DNA of 64,000 bases from Candidatus Methanofastidiosum methylothiophilum. Lineage in GTDB: Archaea; Methanobacteriota_B; Thermococci; Methanofastidiosales; Methanofastidiosaceae. The notes under the pieces were generated by a model, which had not been told where the DNA came from, ran no database searches, and worked only from the letters and a program-made list of their open reading frames with translations. The DNA lies in assembly GCA_001587575.1 (NCBI GenBank), contig LNJC01000001.1, positions 47,864 to 111,863 of the forward strand. The letters are read 5' to 3'. Shown piece after piece: positions 1 through 8,684 of the stretch (the first letter of the stretch is position 1; every line of letters starts with the position of its first letter). Both the position numbers and the translations under genes were made by a program.

Positions 1-1669
1 AAGTATCTCCTCTTTAGTTATTTCGTTCTCCTGAATCTTTTCCATCTGCTCTTCAAAGTGCTTAGTTAATTCTACTGAAACAATGTCGGGGCAGTACTTC
101 TCTAGAGTTTCAACGATACCCTCCCCAAGGTCAGTAACAATTATCTGGCGCCCATCAATATAGTTCCTATCATATAAAATATCAACAATGTTGGCGCGTG
201 TTGCCTTTGTTCCAATGCCAAGTTTTTCCATCTCAGAAACTGCTGATGCAGGATTATAACGAGGGGGAGGCTTTGTGGCCTTTTCTTCCTTCTTTGGGGA
301 TATCTTTTCTATCTTTTCTCCTTCTTTTATTTCAGGAAGAATGACTTCTTCAACTCCCGAATAATCGCCGTAGTATTTCAAAAATCCAGGGTCAATTCCA
401 ACTCTTCCGCTTGCAAAAAATGAGTGACCGTTAACATCAATCTCAACTGAAATAGACTCGTAAACATAAGGTTTTCCAAAAACAGCAAAGAATCTCCTGA
501 CAATTAGGTCATAGAGCTTTGCCTGGTCCTCAGTTAGTTTTTTAGGTAGCTCTCCTGTTGGATGAATTGCAGGGTGTGCCGGGTCGTCTTTTTTACCTTC
601 TGTTGGTATGAGTTTTGTTTTCAATAGCTCTGCGCAGTGATCAGAATAATCTTCAATTTTCTTTAACTTTTCCATAATGCCCCTTAGATTAATGCTAGAG
701 GGGTATTTTTGTGATGAGGTCCTTGGGTAAGAAATAAGCCCCGCTTCATAAAGGGACTGGGCAATGTCTTGAGTTCTTTTTGGTAAAAAGCTAAAGTTCT
801 TGTACGCTTCCTTTTGGAGTGTTCCAAGATCAAACGGATGTGGTGGATTTATCCTCTTTTCTTTCTTCGATATCTCCTTTACTAAGGCAGGTTTATTTTT
901 AATATCTTTAAAAATTCCCAAAGCTTCCTTTTCATCAAAGAACTCTTTTTGGTAAGAAGCCTTGACAGCTATGCCGTCCTTCTTAAATTCAATAAACAAA
1001 ATCCAGTAAGGCTCCGATACAAACTGGCATATCTCTTTTTCTCTCTCTAATAGGAATTTTAAAGTTGGGGTCTGGACCCTTCCAGCGGAGAGTGTAACGT
1101 ACCGACCGGATACTTTTTTCAAAGATTCGGTCATTGCCTTTGATGTGTTTATACCATAATACCAGTCAAGCACATGCCTTGCTAGACCTGCATTTATCAT
1201 AGGATAATCTGGAGGATTTAGATTTTCATAAGCAGATATTATCTCATCCTTTGTTAGTGATGAGAACTTCATCCTGTATGACTTTGAAATATCGGTCTTT
1301 GCAGCATAAGAAAGTGCGTTATGACCTATGACTGAACCTTCAATATCGTAGTCGCATGCATTTACAAATGTATCTATGTCCTTTGATATCTCTTCAATGA
1401 GCCTGACATACGGCTCGACATATTTGCTCTTTTTACTGTTCTTGAAAGTTTCAACCCACTCCACATCAAAAAAAGGGTAGTCCCTAATTGGAGTCCTTTG
1501 TCTCAATTTGTAAAGGTGACCCACTGCAGAAACAACATAGACCTTATTGTCACCTTCTTCAACTTCGTAGTATTTAACACCCTCGTACTGATTTTTTTTG
1601 GCCTTGCCGAGGAAGTTTGCTATCTTTTCGGCAACATTTGGCTTCTCTGTTAATATGAGGGTATTCATT
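1..1669 (-). CDS. topA: DNA topoisomerase type IA (TopA / Topo III-like), 5' part of gene only; the C-terminus runs off the window start
   Basis: The reverse strand from the ATG at 1667-1669 translates to MNTLILTEKPNVAEKIANFLGK... This gives a Toprim N-terminus (LILTEKP). Further downstream is ...SYPRTSSQ..., which resembles the type IA catalytic Tyr-Arg-Thr motif. The ORF track omits it because it is truncated by the window edge. Confidence 0.7.
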
Positions 1670-1735
1670 GGAAAGGGAAAAAGAACTCGATTTATAAGGC
1701 TTTTCAAAAAAGTGGGCAAATATCTGAAATAACGA

Positions 1736-2887
1736 CTATTTTAATATCCCTATATTCTCATGCTTTATTATTTCATTATAGTTCTTGTATCCTAGAATAG
1801 ATTCGATTTCATCGGTATTTCTGCCCTTTATTTTCTTAAGCTCTCTATCAGTGTAGTTTGTTACACCTTTAGCAAAAATTGTTTTATTCGACTCAATAGC
1901 TACTATGTCACCGGCATCAAAATTTCCATCGACATCAATAACGCCTCTTGGCAAAAGACTTTTGTGATCCAAGAGGGCGTTTTTTGCACCTTCATCCACA
2001 ATAATTTTACCTTTAGGCTTTGAAAGAGCGATCCACCTTATCTTGTTTTTTTCAATACTTTTTTTTGGGAGAAATAGTGTACCAATATCTTCTCCGCTCA
2101 TGACTCTTGAAATAAGGTCCTTTTCTTCACTTGACGCTATTATCATGTAGCACCCTGACTTCTGTGCTATCTTTGCAGCCTCTAGCTTTGTCTTCATTCC
2201 ACCGGTGCCTTTATCTCCAGCCCCCCCTCCAAAACTTTCTATTTCAGGGGTAATCTCTTCAATTACTGGAATCTTCTTTGCATCCTTTGACTTCTTTGGA
2301 TTCTTTGTATAAAGGCCATCTATATCGGTCATCAATATTAATAGGTCAGCTTCAACTTTGCTTGATACCATGGCTGAGAGCGTATCATTATCTCCAAATG
2401 TTTCCCCTATTTCGTGGACGCAGATTGGGTCATTTTCATTTATTATAGGTATTACGCCAAGCTCTAGAAGAGAGGACATGCTGTTTCTGAGATTTAGGTA
2501 TGTTTTCCTATCAGAAAAGGCATCGTAAGTTAAGAGTATCTGGGCAACTTTGAATCCGTACTCGCTAAATGCCTGGCTCCATTCGTGCATTAAAATGCTT
2601 TGTCCAACTGCTGCTGTAGCTTGTTTTAATGGTATAGATTTTGGCCTCTCCTTAAAGTCAAGCGCCTCGCAACCTGTACCTATGGCTCCTGATGATACTA
2701 GGATCACGTCTTTTCCCTCAGACTTTAACTTTGAAACTTGTCTTGCAATCTCCCTTGCAAACTCTCTGTTGAATTTCCCGTCTTTAGTGGTTAGGCTTGA
2801 TGTACCTATTTTTACGACAATCTTTTTGACATCCTTGAAAAGCTCTTTTCTGTTAATCATTTCATTCCTTCTGTTTCTTGGATTCAC
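1736..2887 (-). CDS. proB: Glutamate 5-kinase with C-terminal PUA domain; the true start is probably the internal MINRKEL
   Basis: It carries amino-acid-kinase family motifs (KIGTSSLT, VILVSSGAIGTG, ENDPI) and a C-terminal PUA domain. It overlaps the stop of proA and is the first gene of a proB-proA-proC run. Confidence 0.85.
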   Translation of the reverse strand: MNPRNRRNEMINRKELFKDVKKIVVKIGTSSLTTKDGKFNREFAREIARQVSKLKSEGKDVILVSSGAIGTGCEALDFKERPKSIPLKQATAAVGQSILMHEWSQAFSEYGFKVAQILLTYDAFSDRKTYLNLRNSMSSLLELGVIPIINENDPICVHEIGETFGDNDTLSAMVSSKVEADLLILMTDIDGLYTKNPKKSKDAKKIPVIEEITPEIESFGGGAGDKGTGGMKTKLEAAKIAQKSGCYMIIASSEEKDLISRVMSGEDIGTLFLPKKSIEKNKIRWIALSKPKGKIIVDEGAKNALLDHKSLLPRGVIDVDGNFDAGDIVAIESNKTIFAKGVTNYTDRELKKIKGRNTDEIESILGYKNYNEIIKHENIGILK

Positions 2888-4197
2888 AATTTCCTATGGG
2901 TAAAAGGCTTTGCGTTCTTACCTACATAGTCTGCTACCTTGTGGCCACTTCCTATTAATTTATACTTATAGATTAGCATCCCTTCCATGCCTGTTGGACC
3001 TCTTGCATGAATCTTTCCTGTGCTAATTCCTATCTCTGCACCCTTTCCATATCTAAATCCATCGGCAAATCTTGTTGAGGCATTTAGCATAACTGATGAT
3101 GAATCAACAAAGTTTAAGAAATACTCCCCGGCCTTTTTATCCTCAGTTAGAATCACATCAGTATGGTGGGAGCCGTATTTATTTATATGCTCTACAGCAT
3201 CTTCAAGAGAGGTAACGACTTTGATTGATATTATAAGGTCATTATATTCTGTTGACCAGTCCTTTTCCTTTGCCTTTTTTACTTTGAAATCTTTTAAAAT
3301 CTCAAAGCTTTGTGGGCAGCATCTGATTTCTACACCAGCTTCTTTGTACATCTTTGCTATTTTTGGTAGGAACTTCTTTGCTGATTTTTCATGGACTAGT
3401 AGAGTTTCAATAGCATTGCATACTGCAGGGTACTGAACCTTTGCATCAAAGCACACGTCAAGGGCCTTTTTTTCATCGTATTTCTTGTCAACATAAGCAT
3501 GGCATATACCGTCTGCATGGCCCAATACTGGGATTTTTGTGTTTGACTGAACAAATCTCACAAAATCATTTGAGCCTCTTGGGATAATCAGATCAATGTA
3601 TTTATCGAGCTTTAACATCTCTGTTACGTCTTCCCTTCTTTCAAGTAGCTGGAAGGCTTCCTTTGGAATTGATTTGTTTTTAATTGAGCCAGTTAGGACT
3701 TCATAAATTGCTCTGTTTGTATTTGCTGCTTCCCTTCCGCCTTTTAATAGGACGCCATTACCACTTTTAAGAGCTAGAGAAATTATCTGTGGAACTACAT
3801 CAGGCCTTGATTCAAAGACCATTCCGATTACTCCAATAGGCGTTGCAACTTGGTATAACTCTAGGCCAGAGTCAAGTTCAATAGCGCTAAGAGTTTTTCC
3901 AACTGGGTCTTCTAGCTTTGCCACATCTTTTATGCCAGTTATCATTTCGTCAATCTTTGAATTTGTGACCTCAAGCCTTTTTACTAGAGACTCTGTAAGC
4001 TCTCCTTTTTGGAGAAGTTTTTTTGCTTCAACGATGTCTTTATTATTCGCCTCTAAAATCTTCTTTCTATTATTATCAAGGGCCTTTGCCATAAGGAGCA
4101 AAGCATCATTCTTATCCTTTGTCTTGGCATTTGATAACTTTATGAAAGCTTCCTTTGCCATAATGGCCTTATCCTTAACACTTTCCATAAACTTCAC
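2884..4197 (-). CDS. proA: Gamma-glutamyl phosphate reductase
   Basis: A 437-aa aldehyde dehydrogenase-like protein with the catalytic Cys region (PAVCNAIETLLVHE). It sits between proB and proC and overlaps both. Confidence 0.85.
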   Translation of the reverse strand: MKFMESVKDKAIMAKEAFIKLSNAKTKDKNDALLLMAKALDNNRKKILEANNKDIVEAKKLLQKGELTESLVKRLEVTNSKIDEMITGIKDVAKLEDPVGKTLSAIELDSGLELYQVATPIGVIGMVFESRPDVVPQIISLALKSGNGVLLKGGREAANTNRAIYEVLTGSIKNKSIPKEAFQLLERREDVTEMLKLDKYIDLIIPRGSNDFVRFVQSNTKIPVLGHADGICHAYVDKKYDEKKALDVCFDAKVQYPAVCNAIETLLVHEKSAKKFLPKIAKMYKEAGVEIRCCPQSFEILKDFKVKKAKEKDWSTEYNDLIISIKVVTSLEDAVEHINKYGSHHTDVILTEDKKAGEYFLNFVDSSSVMLNASTRFADGFRYGKGAEIGISTGKIHARGPTGMEGMLIYKYKLIGSGHKVADYVGKNAKPFTHRKL

Positions 4198-4996
4198 CCA
4201 ACTCCTTTGACCTTTCAGTAGCCTTTTTTACAGCTTCTATTACTCCCTTCTCAAAGGAATGTTTTTCTAGCTCTATTAACCCCTTTTCAGTTGTGCCACC
4301 TGGAGTCTTCACCATGTTGATCAATTCATCAAACGCTTTCCCAGTTTTATCGGCCATCAAAACTGCGCCGTAAAGAGTATCTAAAGCAAGTTTTTTCGAT
4401 GTTTCTTCTGGCAGGCCTGCTTTGATGCCCCCTAAAGTCAAAGCCTTTAGGAATGAGAACACATAAGCTGGGCCAGAGCCTGAGAGTCCAGTTACCGCAT
4501 CCATCTTTTCTTCATCGACCTTAATAACAGTACCAAGATTATCAAAGACTTTTTTGAAATCCTCTTCATTTTCTTTAGTTACATACCTACCTATCGAATA
4601 ACAAGAAGGGGAGAATCCTATTGAGAGCGAAATGTTCGGCATGACACGAATAACTGGCGTTTCTTTAGTCATTTCCTCTATAAACTTTATTGGAACGCCT
4701 GCGGCAACTGAAACAATGAGCTTTTCTTTTAGATTTAAATCTTTGATACTATCCATTACAGGCGCAATTAAATTTGGCTTTACAGCAAGTATTATTATTT
4801 TAGAAGATGAAAAAACATCTCTGTTATTTGTTGATACCTCTATCCCGTATTCGGATTTTATAGGATTTAGAATGTTTTCTGACACATCGCTTAGTATAAT
4901 ATCTTGTTTACTAAACGCCTTTTTCTCTAGCAATCCTTTTACTATCCCGCTACCTATTTTTCCGGCGCCTACAACTCCTATTTTATACATATTCAT
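4175..4996 (-). CDS. proC: Pyrroline-5-carboxylate reductase
   Basis: The N-terminus has a Rossmann motif (KIGVVGAGKIGSGI), and the 273-aa length matches P5CR. It heads the proC-proA-proB operon on the minus strand. Confidence 0.8.
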   Translation of the reverse strand: MNMYKIGVVGAGKIGSGIVKGLLEKKAFSKQDIILSDVSENILNPIKSEYGIEVSTNNRDVFSSSKIIILAVKPNLIAPVMDSIKDLNLKEKLIVSVAAGVPIKFIEEMTKETPVIRVMPNISLSIGFSPSCYSIGRYVTKENEEDFKKVFDNLGTVIKVDEEKMDAVTGLSGSGPAYVFSFLKALTLGGIKAGLPEETSKKLALDTLYGAVLMADKTGKAFDELINMVKTPGGTTEKGLIELEKHSFEKGVIEAVKKATERSKELGEVYGKC

Positions 4997-5065
4997 TTTT
5001 CTATATTTTAATCATTTAAAACTTTACGTTGAAAACTTTATAAACAGAATTTTCTCTTCTAATAT

Positions 5066-5887
5066 ATGATTGAAGCTACTTTTTATTTGGAATCACAGAG
5101 CAACTCTAAAGAGGCTCTTGAGCTCTCTGTTAGGAAACTGTTAGAGGAGGTCAAGGGCTTAAACAATGTAAAGATATCTAGGGAGTTGTTCCATGAGATA
5201 TTGGAAGACGAGGATGAGATGGGGAGGATATTCTATTCCTCTGTCCTTGAAGTTGACATAAAGACTGAGTTTAGAGAGTACATCACGCTTTGCATGAGGC
5301 TTGTGCCATCGACAATTGAGATAATAAAGGGGGATGTAAAGATCAAAGGTAAAGAACTTCTCGAAGTATTTGGTGACGTTTCTTCAACAGTGAATAAGCT
5401 ATGCAAAAAATACAATCTGACCCTTTATAGGGTAGGCGAGGGAGAAGGATTGAAGCAGAGTAAGATTGGTTTGGAAGAGGAAGAGATTGAAGAAGCAGTT
5501 GAGCAAGGTGGGGCTCTATTCAAGTTTGTCGTTGAAGCAAGGGCAAAGAATGAGAAGTTTGCCATGGAGAAGACAAAGGAGCTTGTAAATGATACAGGCG
5601 GAATGATACACAAGATGCTTGCAAAAAAGGTCGGCGAAGGAGAAGCTTGGGAAGGTGTAGTTGGCATGGAAGTGCTATTCTTTGATATTGAGACCTTGTT
5701 TGATGCAGTGATCAAATTTTCTCCTGTTGCAATGAGCTTCATAGAGCCAGAGGTTGTACATTTGAACATGGCAGAGCTCCAGAATATTGGAATTGACATA
5801 GCAGGGATTATACAGCAGCTTACATTTGATGTTATTACAAGAGGCATGAGAGGTGGCCAAGGAAGCTTTAGGGCGACTCAAGCCTAA
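5066..5887 (+). CDS. Hypothetical acidic cytoplasmic protein of 273 aa
   Basis: The ORF is clean with consistent codon usage and has no recognisable motif. It lies directly upstream of the S-layer gene pair. Confidence 0.45.
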   Translation: MIEATFYLESQSNSKEALELSVRKLLEEVKGLNNVKISRELFHEILEDEDEMGRIFYSSVLEVDIKTEFREYITLCMRLVPSTIEIIKGDVKIKGKELLEVFGDVSSTVNKLCKKYNLTLYRVGEGEGLKQSKIGLEEEEIEEAVEQGGALFKFVVEARAKNEKFAMEKTKELVNDTGGMIHKMLAKKVGEGEAWEGVVGMEVLFFDIETLFDAVIKFSPVAMSFIEPEVVHLNMAELQNIGIDIAGIIQQLTFDVITRGMRGGQGSFRATQA

Positions 5888-5908
5888 AAATTTTTATCCT
5901 TTTCTTAA

Positions 5909-5925
5909 ACAAAAGATTTATAAAC
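5909..5925 (+). promoter_or_regulatory. Putative BRE/TATA promoter of S-layer gene A (AAAAGATTTATAAAC)
   Basis: It is an A-rich BRE-like element plus TTTATAAA located about 70 nt upstream of the ATG at 5995. The same CAAAAGATTTATA(A/T)AC element recurs upstream of the second S-layer gene. Confidence 0.5.
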
Positions 5926-5994
5926 AACCCAATTCAATAGATTATTGTACCCTTCTAGAGAAATTAAAATAAAACCTATTAAAGGTGAAAATAT

Positions 5995-8373
5995 ATGAAA
6001 TTAAGAACAATTGGAGCAGTCCTCGCAGGGGCTGCAATGATTGGAGCTACTGTAGCAGGCGCTGCCGCTGCAGCAACAGTTCCAGGAAAAGCTTGGTTTA
6101 TTGACCCAGCAACGGGCACACCAAACGTAACAATAGTCGTTGGAGCACAAGCCAACGCATCCGATGTAGTTTCTGCATCTTTGATTGCAGCAGCAGTCGG
6201 TAACATGGCAACTGTCGAGCAGACAGCATCCGTACCAACAACTGCTTCAGCAACATGGGATAAGATTGGAGACTACAATTACACATATGTTCCAACTACA
6301 ACGACATACAATGCTACATGTGCAGACAGACCTGCTACATGGTACACAGACTATGGTCTACTATCTACTAGATACTGGGAAACATCTGAAGATGACTACC
6401 CCTCAGAGAATGCAGCAGCAGGCGGATACAGGACATACGTCCAGATTGCAACACCCTCAGAAATAAGGCATGGAACAGGCGGAGCCCAAGTCACAAAGGG
6501 ACTTAGCACCCTATGGTTCTCAAACTCAGCAAAAGACTGGGATGCAAATGACAGGATATACAAGCTTGCACCACAATCTGGAGCAGGCACAGGCTCATAC
6601 TGGCTTGTGAACAATGCAGTAACAGGATCACCAACTGCACTTATAACCAGAACTTTACCAAACTACGCTGGAGGAAGCTATGACGATGGAGACGGCCAGT
6701 GGGACCTTGACTACGCATTCTACACAACATTGGCATGGGTAAATGTAACTGACCCAGCCCCAAGACCTGCAGCACCAACAGTAGGCCAATACAGCAAAAC
6801 AGTCGACTGTGACTACGATTTCGGTGGAACAGGTACCGGAATGGAAGCACACGAAGAAATTCAGTTCATATTAACAAGCGATGACTGTGCAGGATGCGCA
6901 GCCACCGGATTACCCTTATTCAAGGGAGACAAGGGCGTCGTATCAGGTATAGTATACAGAACAACTGAAATCAGATACCCATTGTTAGAAAACGGCCAGA
7001 ACATCTGTGGAATCCAGAAGTGCTGGGGTATGGTTGACTTTGAAACTGCAAGAACAGGCAGATTCACACCAATCAAATTCCTCGGTAAGATGTACCAGCC
7101 AATGTTTGCAGGTGCAACATGGTATGAGACACCTGGATACCTTGGTGCATACTTCATGTACGGTAAGCCATACGCAGAGAAAGAAAAGATCATGAAGGTA
7201 GGGGACGTCTACAACTACCACGGATGGACTGTTACATTAAACGATGTAAACATATACGAAAACAAGGCATACATAACAGTTGCCGGTCCAACATTAACTG
7301 CACCATTTAACTTCATAATGGTCATGGACTCACTAGGCGACTGTGGACCATGCTGTCCAGACTGTGCAATATACGGTGGAAAGGGAGCTTTCACATCCAA
7401 CCCAACAAGAAGAAACGAATACGACCCATACGTTAACTACACAACTGTAACAAAGACAAAGGACGACTACGCATACAACTTCTTCAGATATGTAAACTTC
7501 ATGCTCGACGGTATCAAGACATTCGTCGGCGCAGACGGTACATACCTTGCAGAATTCAACTTGTACGCAATCGAAGACTTCGGATACTTAGAAGACAAGG
7601 GATGCTGTGACCCATTCGTCACAACACCAAACGACTACGGTCTTGCAATAACTGGTGGATGGAGAAAAGTTACAACAGTAATGGAAGAAACCACACCTCT
7701 TAAGAAAGCAGCAACTGTTGTTGGCCCATGGGAACTTAACGGTACAAGCGCTACTGATCCATTCGAGTACATCCAGTGGATGCCAGCCCCAGTATGCAAC
7801 GCATACTGCCCAGATGCAAACTTCGACACACTTGAATTAAGACTTTGCGACACAATAAAGGTACCAGACTGTGAAACATCATACACAGTCAACGGTCCAG
7901 AAAACTACTTCAAGATAGAATTACTTGACGTAGACTTTGGAACATACAACACCGACTTAACTATGTTCGATGAATACCTTACAAGAGAAGTATACGTAGG
8001 CAAATACACAAAGGCAGCACCAAATGACAAAGACGGTCTAAGAGCAAGACTCTCAATGACCACAGCAGGCCAGACAATAAAATACACAGCAAACGTCAAG
8101 ATCGACCCAGTTGAGCTCATAAAGCTTGACATAGAAGTCAACACTGCCACAAACAAGAAGAACTTAGTTCTTGTCGGCGGTCCAGTATACAACAGCATCG
8201 TAAAGGACTTAGTTGACATGGGAGCATCCACTGTCGACTGGGCAACATCCAGGGGAGAATGGGAATGGATAGCAGACCCAATGGCCAAAGGATACGATGT
8301 CTTAATAGTAGCTGGTGCCAACAGAGAAGAAACAAGAATGGCAGCAGAAGACTTAGTCAGAATGTTGAACTAA
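5995..8373 (+). CDS. S-layer (surface layer) protein, paralog A; secreted and cysteine-rich
   Basis: It has an N-terminal signal peptide (MKLRTIGAVLAGAAMIGATVAGAAAAA). This is followed by the motif VVGAQANASDVVSASLIAAAVGNMA, which resembles the Methanococcales S_layer_N domain. The C-terminus (NLVLVGGPVYNSIVKDLVDMGA...VLIVAGANREETRMAAEDLV) resembles S_layer_C. A strong RBS (AGGTGAAAA) precedes the start. Confidence 0.7.
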   Translation: MKLRTIGAVLAGAAMIGATVAGAAAAATVPGKAWFIDPATGTPNVTIVVGAQANASDVVSASLIAAAVGNMATVEQTASVPTTASATWDKIGDYNYTYVPTTTTYNATCADRPATWYTDYGLLSTRYWETSEDDYPSENAAAGGYRTYVQIATPSEIRHGTGGAQVTKGLSTLWFSNSAKDWDANDRIYKLAPQSGAGTGSYWLVNNAVTGSPTALITRTLPNYAGGSYDDGDGQWDLDYAFYTTLAWVNVTDPAPRPAAPTVGQYSKTVDCDYDFGGTGTGMEAHEEIQFILTSDDCAGCAATGLPLFKGDKGVVSGIVYRTTEIRYPLLENGQNICGIQKCWGMVDFETARTGRFTPIKFLGKMYQPMFAGATWYETPGYLGAYFMYGKPYAEKEKIMKVGDVYNYHGWTVTLNDVNIYENKAYITVAGPTLTAPFNFIMVMDSLGDCGPCCPDCAIYGGKGAFTSNPTRRNEYDPYVNYTTVTKTKDDYAYNFFRYVNFMLDGIKTFVGADGTYLAEFNLYAIEDFGYLEDKGCCDPFVTTPNDYGLAITGGWRKVTTVMEETTPLKKAATVVGPWELNGTSATDPFEYIQWMPAPVCNAYCPDANFDTLELRLCDTIKVPDCETSYTVNGPENYFKIELLDVDFGTYNTDLTMFDEYLTREVYVGKYTKAAPNDKDGLRARLSMTTAGQTIKYTANVKIDPVELIKLDIEVNTATNKKNLVLVGGPVYNSIVKDLVDMGASTVDWATSRGEWEWIADPMAKGYDVLIVAGANREETRMAAEDLVRMLN

Positions 8374-8607
8374 ATTAAAATAAATATATTTTATTTTTTT
8401 CTTTTATTTAAAATTTAAATTAAACTCATCTCTTCTTAGAATAGTTCTTATGCTAAAAGAATTCTTAGTGCAACTATTCATATAAATCTTTTAGATTCGC
8501 TATTATTTGAAGCTAGATTACTACACTTTTGTTATAGCTAATAGATTAGGCGATTATTGAACATAATATATAATATCAATACATATTATTTTCTCTATTA
8601 TTGCAAC

Positions 8608-8623
8608 CAAAAGATTTATATAC
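8608..8623 (+). promoter_or_regulatory. Putative BRE/TATA promoter of S-layer gene B (CAAAAGATTTATATAC)
   Basis: It is near-identical to the element upstream of gene A and lies about 60-75 nt upstream of the ATG at 8685. Confidence 0.5.
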
Positions 8624-8643
8624 TATTAAAAAAAATAGTATAT
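8618..8643 (+). promoter_or_regulatory. Perfect 10-bp-arm palindrome ATATACTATT-AAAAAA-AATAGTATAT overlapping the TATA box
   Basis: The inverted repeat was read directly from the sequence. Its position over the TATA box suggests a transcription-factor operator. Confidence 0.45.
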
Positions 8644-8647
8644 TGTA

Positions 8648-8667
8648 GCTAAACGTTATTGTTTAGC
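8648..8667 (+). promoter_or_regulatory. Inverted repeat GCTAAAC-N6-GTTTAGC in the 5' leader of S-layer gene B, just upstream of the RBS
   Basis: It forms a 7-bp perfect stem that ends 4 nt before the RBS AGAGGTGAAA. This could act as a leader hairpin or a second operator. Confidence 0.4.
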
Positions 8668-8684
8668 AATAGAGGTGAAATGAT

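Noticed and set aside
2550-5069. Several 90-145-aa ORFs antisense to proB, proA and proC (2550-2903, 3020-3436, 3932-4210, 4632-5069)
   Set aside because: They lie opposite well-supported proline-biosynthesis genes and have no motifs.
6861-7221. Antisense ORFs (110 and 78 aa) inside S-layer gene A, mirrored by 9566-9929 inside gene B
   Set aside because: They lie opposite the most conserved S-layer block and are duplicated only because that block is duplicated. They have no start or RBS context, and the sense strand encodes a clear secreted protein.
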